A stretch of 64,000 nt of DNA from the human T2T-CHM13v2.0 reference genome, Homo sapiens. A program made the translations under genes and the position numbers. Below the pieces are notes generated by a model. That model searched no databases and was not told the DNA's origin. It saw only the letters and a list, made by a program, of their open reading frames with translations. This document shows, one piece after another, positions 47,971 through 64,000 of the stretch (positions within the stretch are counted from its first letter, which is position 1; each line of letters starts with the position of its first letter). The DNA lies in NCBI RefSeq assembly GCF_009914755.1, contig NC_060940.1; one strand, given 5' to 3'.

Positions 47971-49164
47971 TCTGAAACAGGACTTCTCAGTCATGGTGTG
48001 AGGGAAAGGGGAGTTGTTTGGAGCATGTGAAAAGCCTTATTTATATGCCCCAGTTAAGCCCAATTGGGATTTGGACTCAGCCTCTTTCCAGGATTGGCAG
48101 TTGTTGGCAGATGTACAGGAGTGCTTTTGGCTTTTCTGGTTAAAAGAGGTGAAAGGTGGGGCTAATTCAGAGTATGGAGATCAGAGGGGTGAATCATGGA
48201 GCAAAAAGGGGGCCTTATCTGCTTCTTCATCCATTCTCTCTGTCATCCTGGAGCTCAGCTTTTGGGGCCTGATAGGGAGAAAGACGAGACAGAAGCTTTC
48301 AGAACTGAGAAGTCAGAATTCACTGGCTTTGTTCCTCACTAATACCTTGACAACTTTCTCCCTAAGGCAGTGGATGACTCACGTCTAGCTGCATGGTCTG
48401 GGGGGAGGAGCCTCAGGGTACAAGTGACAGAATTCAATGAAGTGCAAAGTGGGAGAAACAGGCACTTCAAACCTCAACGTATTACCTTGCTACAAGTGTG
48501 CCTTTAACTCACTGTTTGAGTCACAGAAGGAAACAGCATAGGGCTTGCTCTCAGGGAGCCGGAGTATAGCATCTGCTGATGGCCAGGGTCACTGGAATAT
48601 TTGCCTCTGTCTGGGCAGAGTTTAGAATAACAGGCAGAGGCATAGGGTGGGGGCTGTGCCGGAACTCTGTCTATCTCATCTGTGTACCCTTTTATAGATG
48701 GTCATCGGATTTGTATTTGCATCTCAGTGTAGTCAGACATTCTTCCAGAACACTCCAGCAGTGCTTCTGTGCCTGCTGGAAAATAGCTGCAGCTCTCTCC
48801 TGAGGCAGCTCTTCCCACAGTCCCAGCTGCTCCCCTGGGATCCTCCTTGGACCTCCCCATAGCCTGGCAAGTAAACTTAGCACCTGGGCATATCAGGGGG
48901 CCTCTAGGACCCTGTTCCAGTACTGAGCACAGCATCAGTACTGGTTAGCTTGTGCTTGGGCTGTGCCATTTGGAAGTATTTTGAAGATGCACATGCACGT
49001 GTGTGTGTGTCTGTGTGTCTACGGTGGTGAAGAATGGAGGGATGTGGGATGGGGCAGATTCAGTAGATGCCTTGAGATATGGATAGTTTGGTAAAATTAT
49101 GATAATAAGAAAATGGAAAGGATGCCAGTTTCCTTCCAGCTAGTTAAGACCCATTACTTTACTC

Positions 49165-49410
49165 ATTGACCCACCTAACCCATCCATCCATCCACCCATG
49201 CATTCATCTCTCCATCCATCCATCCATCCATCCATCCATCCATCCAATCCATACATTCATCCATCTAATCCATCCATCCATCCACACATGCATTCATCTC
49301 TCCATCCATCCATCCATCCATCCATCCATCCAGTTCATACATTCATCCATACATTCATTCATCTGTCTAACCCATCCATCCATCCACTCAGCCAACTCAT
49401 CCATCCATGT
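49165..49410. repeat. (TCCA)n compound repeat with 90-bp higher-order period
   Basis: atgcattcatctc at 49198 and 49288. Confidence 0.9.
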
Positions 49411-50779
49411 AATCATATATCCGTTTAGGATAAATGTATCCAGCACTCTCTTTTAGTGCTTCTGTGTGACTGAGGATGTTTGACAATGAAAGGAGGAAGC
49501 ATTCATCTGCTGGGACCCCTTCTAACAGATGTTTTCTTCTCCCTTCATCCCTGAACAACAGTAGGAGAAACAGGAAACTTGTCTTCAAATGGTAGCCCTT
49601 TTCCCTGACTGTCTGAGGATCATGGTCTGAGAATGTGCCTCTCAGTTTTTAAAAATCCTTGAATTCCATGATTCAGTGATGTAGTTAATGTAGACAGGGC
49701 TCTTCTATCAAAGCAGGGAGCCTATTGAAGATATGAGAAAATATGCACTGTTTCTCTAGAGAAGGGAAGTAAACCCGCCTTCCTCAGAGCTGGGAAGGCT
49801 TTTGTCCCAAGCTTCTGAAAATTAAACCCATCACTTAACGTTCTCACTGAGCAGATTGCGGGGCTTCTGGCCCTATGCTGCTTGGGTTGTGCAGAGCTGC
49901 CGACAGACAGTTTTGATTGAATGTCCAAATTAAGCTGCCAAGCAGCGACTCTGCAGCTCCAGGGACTCCATGTTAGTATTTATGTCACATCTTTAGAAAT
50001 AATCACATTGCAAAGCAGCACCCAGAGCCATGTCTGCAGCCGCTGCAGCGTGGGAGAGGGGGCTGTTGAGCACCTCCTGCCTCCATGCTTCATGCTGCAT
50101 TTACTCAGCACCCAAGCAAGGGTGGGGCCCCATGGCACGCCATCCTGGTTCCTGTCCCGAGGATATGAGTGAGGAATTGGTAAACCTCGTCTGTCCTTCT
50201 TGTTTTCACTTAACTTGAGGCAGGAGGTGGTCTCCAAACAAGAAGTAAAGCTAACTTATTGGATGCCTGACTCCCAAACCATCTGTCCTAGGCAGACAGA
50301 AAGACCCTCAGGGCCAACCTGAGGGGAACAGATGTTTATGGGGGGCAGGTTTACTCTTGTTTTTCCAAGCTGGGCTGAAGAGCTCCTCTTCCATCTGCAT
50401 CAAGCCCTGAAAACTCTGCCGTGCATGAGTAAAGTAGCAAGTGCTGCATCCCCCAGTGAGATCCAGTGGTGACATTGTCCACACCACTGGGGAATGCTAG
50501 TTATTAAGAGACTGGGCTTGTGAGAGCTCAAAGGTGGACTAACCCAGATCTTCCCTGTCGAGGGAAATGGTCTCTAGACTTGTGGGGTTGTGGTTGTGTG
50601 GAGTCAGAGTAAGTGTGGAGCAACGCTGGGAACTGTAGGACCCTGAATGACCAGGGAAACCGCTGTAGAAAATAGTTGACACTAAACTGGGTTTAGGGGG
50701 TCATAAAACCTCCAAGATTTCAAAGCTTCTGGGTCCCAGGAGGACTCAGTTACTGAGCACAAAAGTTGCATGGTTTTGG

Positions 50780-51133
50780 TGTCAGGCCTCTGAGCCCAAG
50801 CTAAGCCATCATATCCCCTGTGACCTGCACGTATACATCCAGATGGCCTGAAGCAACGGAAGATCCACAAAAGAAGTGAAAATAGCCTTAACTAATGACG
50901 TTCCACCATTGTGATTTGTTCCTGCCCCACCCTAACTGATACGATATATTCTCCCCCGCCCTTAAGAAGGTACTTTGTACACCTATCCCAAACCTATAAG
51001 AACTAATGATAATCCCATCATCCTTTGCTGACTCTCTTTTCGGACTCAGCCTGCCTGCACCCAGGTGAAATAAACAGCCTTGCTGCTCCCACAAAGCCTG
51101 TTTGGTGGTCTCTTCACACGGACACACGTGACA
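50780..51133 (+). mobile_element. HERV-H solo LTR (LTR7 family, LTR7B/C-like)
   Basis: tgtcaggcctctgagcccaagctaagccatc...cacacggacacacgtgaca; 5-bp TSD tttgg. Confidence 0.95.
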
Positions 51134-52504
51134 TTTGGCAGTGTTGCAAAACCCTCAGAAGTCCGAGTATCAGCTGGACTGAACCTTGGGGCACCCGCGT
51201 TGTGTCTAGTTCCAGTTTGTTAAGAATTAGGTGCACAAGACCAGCCCCCCTTTTACACAATGATTTCTTTCTCTCAGATTTAGAGTAACATTTTTTTTTC
51301 TAACTAAAAATGTAATTAATGCTCAACTGAGACCATATATTGAATGTCTCCTTCTTCCAAATTCCCACTGAAGTGACAAAGAGATTAAAAATGGAAAAAA
51401 ATTGATCAGGGTGACAAACCAGAAAAATGGTATCAATCAGATGCCAGAATCTTTGGGGAATTTTTCTAAGATACAATTCAGACAATCCAAGCTGATTTTG
51501 TGTTCTCTTTTCCAACATCTAAGCCTCTTATACAATACTTTTAAAAAATGTAATTGCGTTGATTGGTACTTTCAGAACAATGTTAAATTATGATAGTGAT
51601 GGTGGGCATTCTTAATTTGATTGTGGCCTTAATAGATATGCCTCTAGAGTTTTACCCGTAAGCATAATGAAGGCTGTTGGTATATTTATTACGTCAAGAA
51701 AAGCATTCATTTATTTCTATTTTTCCAAGTGTTAAAAGGACGAATGGTTATTGAATTTTGTCAGTCGCCTTTTTCGTCATTTTTTAAGATAATTATATAG
51801 TTTTTCTCCTTTGACCTAGTTTTATAGTGAATCATATTATTAATAGATTTTCTAAAATTATGAAAGATTTTTGTTTGAAGAGTGTGCGATCGGTTTCTAG
51901 CTTTTGAAAGATCACTTTGGTGGGGGAGTGAAGGAAGGGCTCAATAGAAGACCACAGGCAGGAAACCAATGAGGAGGATCTTAATTTCACCCAGAGAGGA
52001 AAAGTGAGTGGCCAGGGAGCAATCATATGAGCAGCTGCTGTTTATGAATCACTCATCACCTGCCCAGCACAATACCAGGATTCAAATATAACTTAATAAT
52101 CACAGTAATTCTATGGCACACTTATTATTGTTCAGATGGCAGTGATATGAATAGTAGGGACTCAGGTACACAAAATGAGAAAGAGGCAGATCAAACAGCA
52201 CGGGGTTGTAGATTGCACCAAAGGGAGGAGACCAGAATGATTTCTAGATTCTTACTGGGGCAGTTGGGTGGATAGTTCAACACTCACTAAGACTGGCATT
52301 GAAAGACAGGGAGGAGACATGGTGGTGTCGGGGGAGCAGGAGGATAATGAGCGTTGTTGGACATGTTGAGTTTAGCGTACATATGGGACATCCAGTACAA
52401 GATAACCAGTGGACAGTTGTACATACAGTTGTAAAGGTCAGTAAAGAGGTGTGGGTGGGAGTTGTCAGTATTTAGGTAGAAGTAAAATCATAAGAGTAGA
52501 GCCC

Positions 52505-55680
<3,176 letters not shown>

Positions 55681-57320
55681 AGGCAGAAAATAAGCTGATA
55701 AAAGACACAAGTACACACAGAGAGAGAGAAGAGAGAGAAAAGAAGGCAATAGTCCAAGATGAAGAGGGAGATGGATAAGAGGAATGCAGAAGAAAGAAGG
55801 TTGTCATGTTATGATACTAAAAAGTAATTTAAAACAGTAGACTAAATCAAAGTGTGTAGAAGCAGTAGATAGAGGAGTGCCTACTGCAGAAAATGTAATA
55901 AGTAATATGGAAACAAGCTTAAGGAGTGCTCCAATGGGGATGGCAGGGGAAAGGGACAAATAAATAAATATAACCACTAAATAAATGACAGATGTAGAGA
56001 ACAAATAGCATTTATCCATGGGTAAATGAGTATCAGATACTCCTAGAGAAAAGACCAGAGCAAATGGAAAAGCATCTATACTGTATTCAAAGTAGAGTTC
56101 AAGACAAATATATAATATACTATATAAAATGTGTCTTTTATTTATGGTAAGTAAAGTCTGGGGACAAAAAGTAATCATGAACCTAGGGCCAAAATGCATA
56201 AAGCAAAAACTTGAAATGAAAGGAGTAATTTACAGAAATACCATAATAGAAGGGCTTTAAAAACACACTTTGTCAGTCTTGGACAGATAAAAGCGGTTAA
56301 GAAAATGGATATAGATAATTTAAATAATATAATTAGAGTGAATATAAAATACCTCTCTATCTTGAATCCTGAACCCTTCAATAAAAGAATTACATTTTTT
56401 CCCTAGTATTCACAAAATTAGTGATATATTAACTTGTTAAGGAAACCTCATTAAATTCCCTCCAAAATGCCCCCAGAAATTGCTCAGCCCACATTTTCCG
56501 ATAAAAATAAAACAGAACTAGAAATTAATGACAAAAACATATAATACCAAAGATCAATGGATGAGTGAGATGGAGGTAGGAATCAGATGGGAGCCTCAAG
56601 AATTGAAATCTTGAAATTGCTTCTGTAAGGAATGGGAAATTAACTAGGGACACCCAATAGGTTTGACAAGCAGTGTGCGGGACTTTGCTGTGGTTGGAGA
56701 TCATGGGTATATAGTGGCATGAAGCCCCTATGTGTGACACTTTCCCCTGGGGACACTGTCTAGAGCAAATTTCACTCATGGTTGAGGGTATGCACACAGG
56801 ATGTTGAAGAGACAGGAAGGTAAGGACATTTAAGCCACTGGTCAGAAGCGATTGAATGGCTTTTCCATATGGGAAGTGGTAGGGAGGAAGTAAAACCGTA
56901 GCAATGCACTGATGGACCAGGGGAAAGGAAACAGTTGAGGAACTGGAGGGTTTGATGAAATGAAAAAAAAAAAAAAAGCCAGGTAAAGGGAGTAGAGACA
57001 TAAAAGGATAAACTACCACTGGAGAGTTTAGAGGCTATGCCATATCAGGTGAAACTCCAAATGCCTGGACTGGAGTGGAGAGGAGGTCATAAGAAGAATG
57101 GATGATACGTTTGACTTCACGTCGTCTATTATTCTCAGACCTCCTCCAAGATTCATTTGTATGAAAATCACATTGGAGGGATACTCTTTTAGCCCTGGAA
57201 TTTATCTTGATTGTTACATAATTTGGTCTAAATTCTCTGAAAGGAGAAAGGAAATCAACATTTGTTGAGCCTCTGCCATGTGCCTTACATTCCACTTTGA
57301 CACTGTTATCCTCTATCATT

Positions 57321-57427
57321 AGGGTAGTCATATAATTTATTGTTAAAATTTGGACTCTCTTAAGAGTGAGAGGACAACAGTTCTAAATTGAGGTTGCTCT
57401 GGGAAAACTGGGATGGATGGTCACCCC
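57321..57427. mobile_element. MER94-like hAT MITE
   Basis: agggtagtcatataatttattg...gggatggatggtcaccc termini. Confidence 0.7.
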
Positions 57428-60258
57428 CACTATTATCCAAGAGCCCATTTGAGTTGTCTGTGTAGGTTTATGAGAATTTGGGGGTGGGGAGACAAAGGCT
57501 CAGAGAAGCCATTTGAGTGAGATCACCCAGTTAGTGAGAGTCATGGCAGAGGTAGAATTGACAACCGTGTCTGCCTGACTCTGAGGTCTAGCCATTGCTA
57601 ACTTAGTTCCTGATTCACCACGCTAGCTCTCCACCATTGTTTCACTAGCTGTGGCTTGACAGGCTCTCTTCTTGACAGACACCATGACAGTCCCAGCTGG
57701 AAGTCTGTCTCAACACAGATAATTAGATGTGTGATAACTGTACCACTGCCAGCAATGATGGGAAGCCAGCTGTTCTAGGAGCCTTTGGGACCACGATGTG
57801 CTCGGGAGGACTTTGATGCTGGATGTGGGCTGCCCAAAGACCCCACGTTTGCTGGTTTTGTAATCAGAGCCTATCAGGTGAAGATTATACAGCATGGCCA
57901 GTTACAGAGGCTGGGAAGGGGATTCTGAGGGATTTCAGGGCTCATAAAAGCCACAGCATCAGAGAACCTTGGGGTCAGAAACCCCCAGGGTTAGAAGAAG
58001 TAATAAGTAAACAGGAATCGATGGGACACAAATCTAGATTGTAGAGCAAAGGGCTAAAGAAGCTTCCAACTTGGGAAGGTATGGCAGGGCAGGGGGGTTC
58101 AAGCAAAGGACCAGGTAAACTGTCAGCCACCAACAGATAACTGAAACAGGAGAGGGGCAGGGCAGGACAGTGAAAATAGGTTGATGGATCTGAAATGATT
58201 GACCTGTTTAGTCTCTCCCTCCAACCCTGGTTAGGGCATGTGCTGAGGATGTCCAGCTGACCTCAATGAGCTTATCCTGGGTCTGTGTGTTATTCACCAC
58301 GGAGCTCATTTTCTGGGTTCTATGATGCAAACCAAAAGTTTTTAAGTATCACCCTGCGGATCCAATTGCCCTATAAACTCTTTGGAGGAATAGGATGGGG
58401 TCTCTGAAAGCCAGGGCAATAGATTCTTGGAAACTGTAAAAGCACAACTGAATTTGTAAATTGTTTTAATAACACAATTAATACAAGAATACATTCTCTT
58501 TGTCAGAAATTTAAAATGTGATGGATAAAGCTAAAATCTTTATTCACAACCCTCAAATCAGGTTCCTCTACCTGTTCCTCAGAGGTGGACATTATTTTAA
58601 ATCAATTTTGGGTATATCTTTTCAGACTCTTTTCTATATATTTACATTCATATATGACCTTGTAGAAAATGCATTTTACTGTACCTTTCTTTTAAATATT
58701 TGGAGGGCCTTTAAAATTTTTTTATTCTGACATAATCTCAAAATGACAGAAAATTGCAATAACAGTAAAAGAAATTTCTGTATACACTTTACCTGATGTA
58801 CTAATTGTTTATATTTTGCTCCATTTGGTTTAGCATTTTCTCTACTAATGTATTTTTATATGTGTGCACATTTTTTTTCTGATCCATCTGAGAGTAAGTT
58901 GGGGTCATGGTTTCCACTTATCCTGAAATACTTCAGTTGTATTTCCCAAGAACAAAAATATTCTTAGTACATTTATTCAAATGAGGAAATGCAACATTGA
59001 CCCAATGCTATTATCTGACGGTTCAGCTCCAGATTTCACTAATTGAACCACTAATGCCTTCACGCTTCTTTCTTAAACAAAGAGGCATTATATTGCCCTC
59101 ATCTTCTTTTTTCAACGTGCTTCATCTTGCTTTTTTCAACACGTTTCTGCATATAGATAACCCAATGTTATCGGCATGGGCAAAGTGCGTCACAGTATGA
59201 ATGCGCCATATATTATTTACTGTTTCCCCCATTGGTGGGCACTCAGGTTATTTCCTACTTTTATAATTGCACACATCCTCAGGCTGAATATTAGTGGGTA
59301 TTACTTTGGATTAATGTTCTTTTATTTTTCCTTAATAAATCCTTCACTGGAATGAATTACTGTTTTGAGGACACACAGTGAGGACAAAGCAAGACTCACA
59401 ATATTGAGGAAAGTTCCTTCAAAAGGAGTTAAATAAGAGATGCTCCTGATTCACATAATGTGGGATCGGGATATGAAAGCAGCACAATTATTCTGAGTTT
59501 TCTGACAGATAATTGTATCTTCTTAGAAAGAAAAAACAATTAAGGAACTTCTTGGTGAAGAACAATTCTTGGAAAAATAGTTAACATGCATGCTATCTTT
59601 TTATGGATTCAGTGCTGTCTTAGAGAACTTGGACCAGAATGCAGAGGCCTCGCTTGCTCCAAAGACCCTTAGACAGAAACAGGCAGACCTCACCCTGCAC
59701 CCAGAGCCCCATGCCCACGGCAAGCAGTGTTCTCTGGACCAGGACACGCTTCTCCTGTACTCTTTGCAAACTTCCACCAGTGGGGACGTTTGCTATTTCT
59801 GCTCTGTGTGAAGCATTTGGTACCATCTGGGCTGGCTGAGTTTCAACAAAGATAGTAAAGAAACATTTATCAAGAAAAATCAAAGTCGGTCTCGCCAAGT
59901 GTGGTCTAGAGAGATTTGCTTCCGCGATACATATGCGGCTCTCTTGCTGCTGGGAAACACGACTCAACTTTGAAACACTTCAGGAGGGACAGCCCTTTGG
60001 ATCTTAGCCTGCAGCTACTGTCAACTGCTCATGATAGATGGTTTTAGTAGCCAGAGCTCTTGGAGATGTGAATGCCAGCAGTCTCAGGATGCATTCCACA
60101 GCATTCCGTTGCACAGAAAGTTTTGGCCCCTTTGGTAGAGAATAAGCTCAAAAGGACAAAAGTAGAAGAAAGGACCTATAAAGGTGAGGGAAGAGTCATG
60201 CCTCAGTGAGTAATGTTTGGCTCTGCAATGATTAGATTCCCAAGAAAAGGTCATTCTT

Positions 60259-60552
60259 GGCTGCACACAGTGGCTCACACCTGTAATCCCAGCACTTTGG
60301 GAGGCCGAAGCGGGAGGATCACTCGTGGCCAGGAGTTTGACACCAGCCTGGGTAACATAGTGAGACTCCATCTCTACAAAAATTTTTTAAAAGTTAGCTG
60401 GATGTAGTGGCACATGCCTGTAGTCCCAGCTATTCAGGGTGCTGAGGTGGTAGCATCGCTTGATCCTGGGAGATCAAGGCTGCAGTGAGCCGTGATCGCG
60501 CCACCGCACTCCAGCGAGACCCTGTGTCAAAAAAAAAAAAAAAAAAAAAAAA
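60259..60552 (+). mobile_element. AluJ
   Basis: Dimeric Alu with long A tail. Confidence 0.9.
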
Positions 60553-60984
60553 TTGCTCTTAAACCACGAGTCTTGAGATTGACAGCTTCAAAATACAACA
60601 CTCTTGTCCAGCAAAGAGCACTCTAAAAGAGCTGTAAATTCCTTAAGCTTATGATAGAAGATCTTTTTCCAGTGACTACCCTTGTGGTGTCAGTTCATAA
60701 GACTGGGGCGGAGGAGGGGGAGTGGCCTTGCCAGGGAGAAGAAAGATGAGCTGTTTCCTCTTGCCTCTGTGTTACCAATCAACCAGACAGACAAGCTTCT
60801 GGCGCATCTGAGTGTCTCAATCCTGTGTGTGTGCAGCTCACTATGTGATAGATGTGTCACTCCAAGATCCCAGCCTAGAAACTGGTACATGTTATTTTCC
60901 TTGGAAGGCTCAAGAAATGAAAGTAACAGTTGGATATTATATTCTATGGGGAAAATGCATGGGTATTTTGAGAAATTATTATTC

Positions 60985-61185
60985 TCCAGAACAATGTTAC
61001 TTAATGTGTGTCTTATAGACTGGCAGCATCAGCATCACATGGAAATGTTTTAGAAAAGCATATGGACAGGTTTCACTGCAGACTTAGGGAATCAGAATCT
61101 ATCTGTGGGGGTGGGTGCCAGATACATGTGTCTCATGAGTCCTCTGAGTAATTTTTATGCACACTAAGGTTTAAGAAGCTCTCCT
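60985..61185. mobile_element. MER5-type MITE
   Basis: cagcatcagcatcac...gaatcagaatct...atgcacactaaggtttaaga. Confidence 0.65.
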
Positions 61186-61282
61186 GTGGAAGGGTTCGAG
61201 TAAACATCGAATGCATTGTTAAGAAGAAAACCACAAATGGTTCCATTTGATGTCAGTACGTGTGGAAATGGTTAACTCTTCA

Positions 61283-61691
<409 letters not shown>

Positions 61692-62783
61692 TTAACATTT
61701 ATTGAGTATTTTTTAAGTTCCAGGTTCTGTGCTAAACATGTATATTCTTTATCCAATTTTACTCTTGTAACAACCTATTTTATTGATCAAGAAATTGAGG
61801 TTCATATGTGTGAAGTAACTGCTTGGTAAGATGCGGACCCTGGGATCTTATAGCCCTGTGTCCATGACACTATATGGTCTGTCTTGGGGACAAGATTAAC
61901 ATTTTATTTTGTCCCCTATATCCCCAGGGCCTAGCAGAATGCTTAGCACTTAGTAGGGACTTGCTTGTTGAACTTAACTGATCAAGGTCAACATCTTGCT
62001 TTTGGTGTAAAAATGAGATGCAGCTTGCAAGCTGAGATGGGAGATGAATTCAGCCTGTGGAAAAATAGAAGACACTGCCATGTTGCTGGAGTGCAGAAAA
62101 AATGTCAGCACAGAATAAGTTACAGCTTGATCCTGGTAGCCGATTCAATGCTTCTCCCATCTCATTTATTCGGTCTCAACCCCTTACTAGCTGTATCATT
62201 TTAGGGAAGTCAGTCTTATTTATTTTCCAGCAATGGTCAGCTGTTTGAGTGTAGGAAAAGGACAGAGTAAGAAAGGACAGGTATTTGAATTTAAGTAGGG
62301 CTGGGGTCATGTGAGACAAGTAAAATAAAAAGAAAGAGGGGCAAGGGAGTTGAGGGTCTTTCCAAAGGAGTAGCTAAAATGCACCATAAAATTGAATCTG
62401 GATATGAATGGAGTAAAAGCAAGAGGGAATAGGGAGATCAAGAGAATGTGTTGGGTTCGAGGGACTGATTGGTGGAGAATGGACTGACGAATAGGGGAAG
62501 ATTTATTGCAGTAGAATAATAGAACTAATGAATTGGAAAAATAGAAATTGGTGTAAGATAGTAGGGTACTTGAAACTGAGATTGAGAAAGTGGTATAATT
62601 TCTGGGATAATAGGCTCCAGAGCGTGACCATGGTAGGAGATAACTATGATTGGGGGTGAGCAAAGGTTGCAGGAAGTGAGGGGGTGCTTTCTCTCCTACT
62701 TTCCAATATTCTTTCTTCTAATCTGTTTTTCTTGTTATCTTGAGTTTACAAAATTTCTGGTTTTATTTATGCTGTGGATATTT

Positions 62784-63798
<1,015 letters not shown>

Positions 63799-63804
63799 TA
63801 GCTT

Positions 63805-64000
63805 TTTCTTTTTGAATGGAGGTAAAATTAACGTAACATAAAATTAACCATTAACTGTTTTTAAACGTACAATTCAGTGACATTTATAGAATATTCACAG
63901 TGTTGGACAACCATCATCTCTATCTAGTTCTCAGAAATTTTCATCACCTCTAAAAGAAACCCTGTACTCATTAAGCAGTCACTCCCCATTTCCCTTTCCC
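63805..64000 (-). mobile_element. L1MB-like 3' end
   Basis: aacataaaattaaccatt...gtacaattcagtgacattta. Confidence 0.78.

Noticed and set aside
50450-50493. Alternative 9-bp stems (ccagtggtg/caccactgg; tccccagtg/cactgggga)
   Set aside because: Too short to be significant in 64 kb.
51134-51150. tttgg after LTR7 as the start of a HERV-H primer-binding site (provirus)
   Set aside because: It does not continue as the tRNA-His PBS, and the same 5-mer flanks the 5' end, so it is a TSD of a solo LTR.
59435-59443. taagagatgct near 59435 resembles the expected start of the next PRKCB exon (V-R-D-A)
   Set aside because: No AG acceptor or pyrimidine tract, and the sequence does not continue as KNLVPMD; chance match.

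Overview
Primate genomic DNA, most likely human, inside the PRKCB (protein kinase C beta) gene on the + strand. Only two real coding exons are present: 3936-4047 (112 nt) and 7219-7347 (129 nt). Together they encode the C1B zinc-finger domain and the start of C2, and from recalled gene structure they are exons 4 and 5. The rest is intron, including more than 56 kb downstream of exon 5 with no further PKC exon. It is densely filled with Alus (about 40), MIR/L2/L1 relics, DNA-transposon fossils and solo LTRs (THE1D, MLT1, MSTB, LTR16/33, MER74, MER41B, LTR7). Nearly all ORFs in the supplied track are Alu or low-complexity artefacts. I see no new protein-coding system. The best leads are non-coding: a MER41B LTR with both GAS/STAT sites intact, tandem octamer sites, two co-oriented CTCF motifs, a sense HERV-H LTR7, a perfect 26-bp fold-back hairpin, a 36-bp VNTR apparently amplified from a MIR head, circRNA-prone architecture around exons 4-5, and several local templated-duplication scars. 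Repeat subfamily names come from remembered consensus sequences, and repeat edges are approximate unless a TSD is given.
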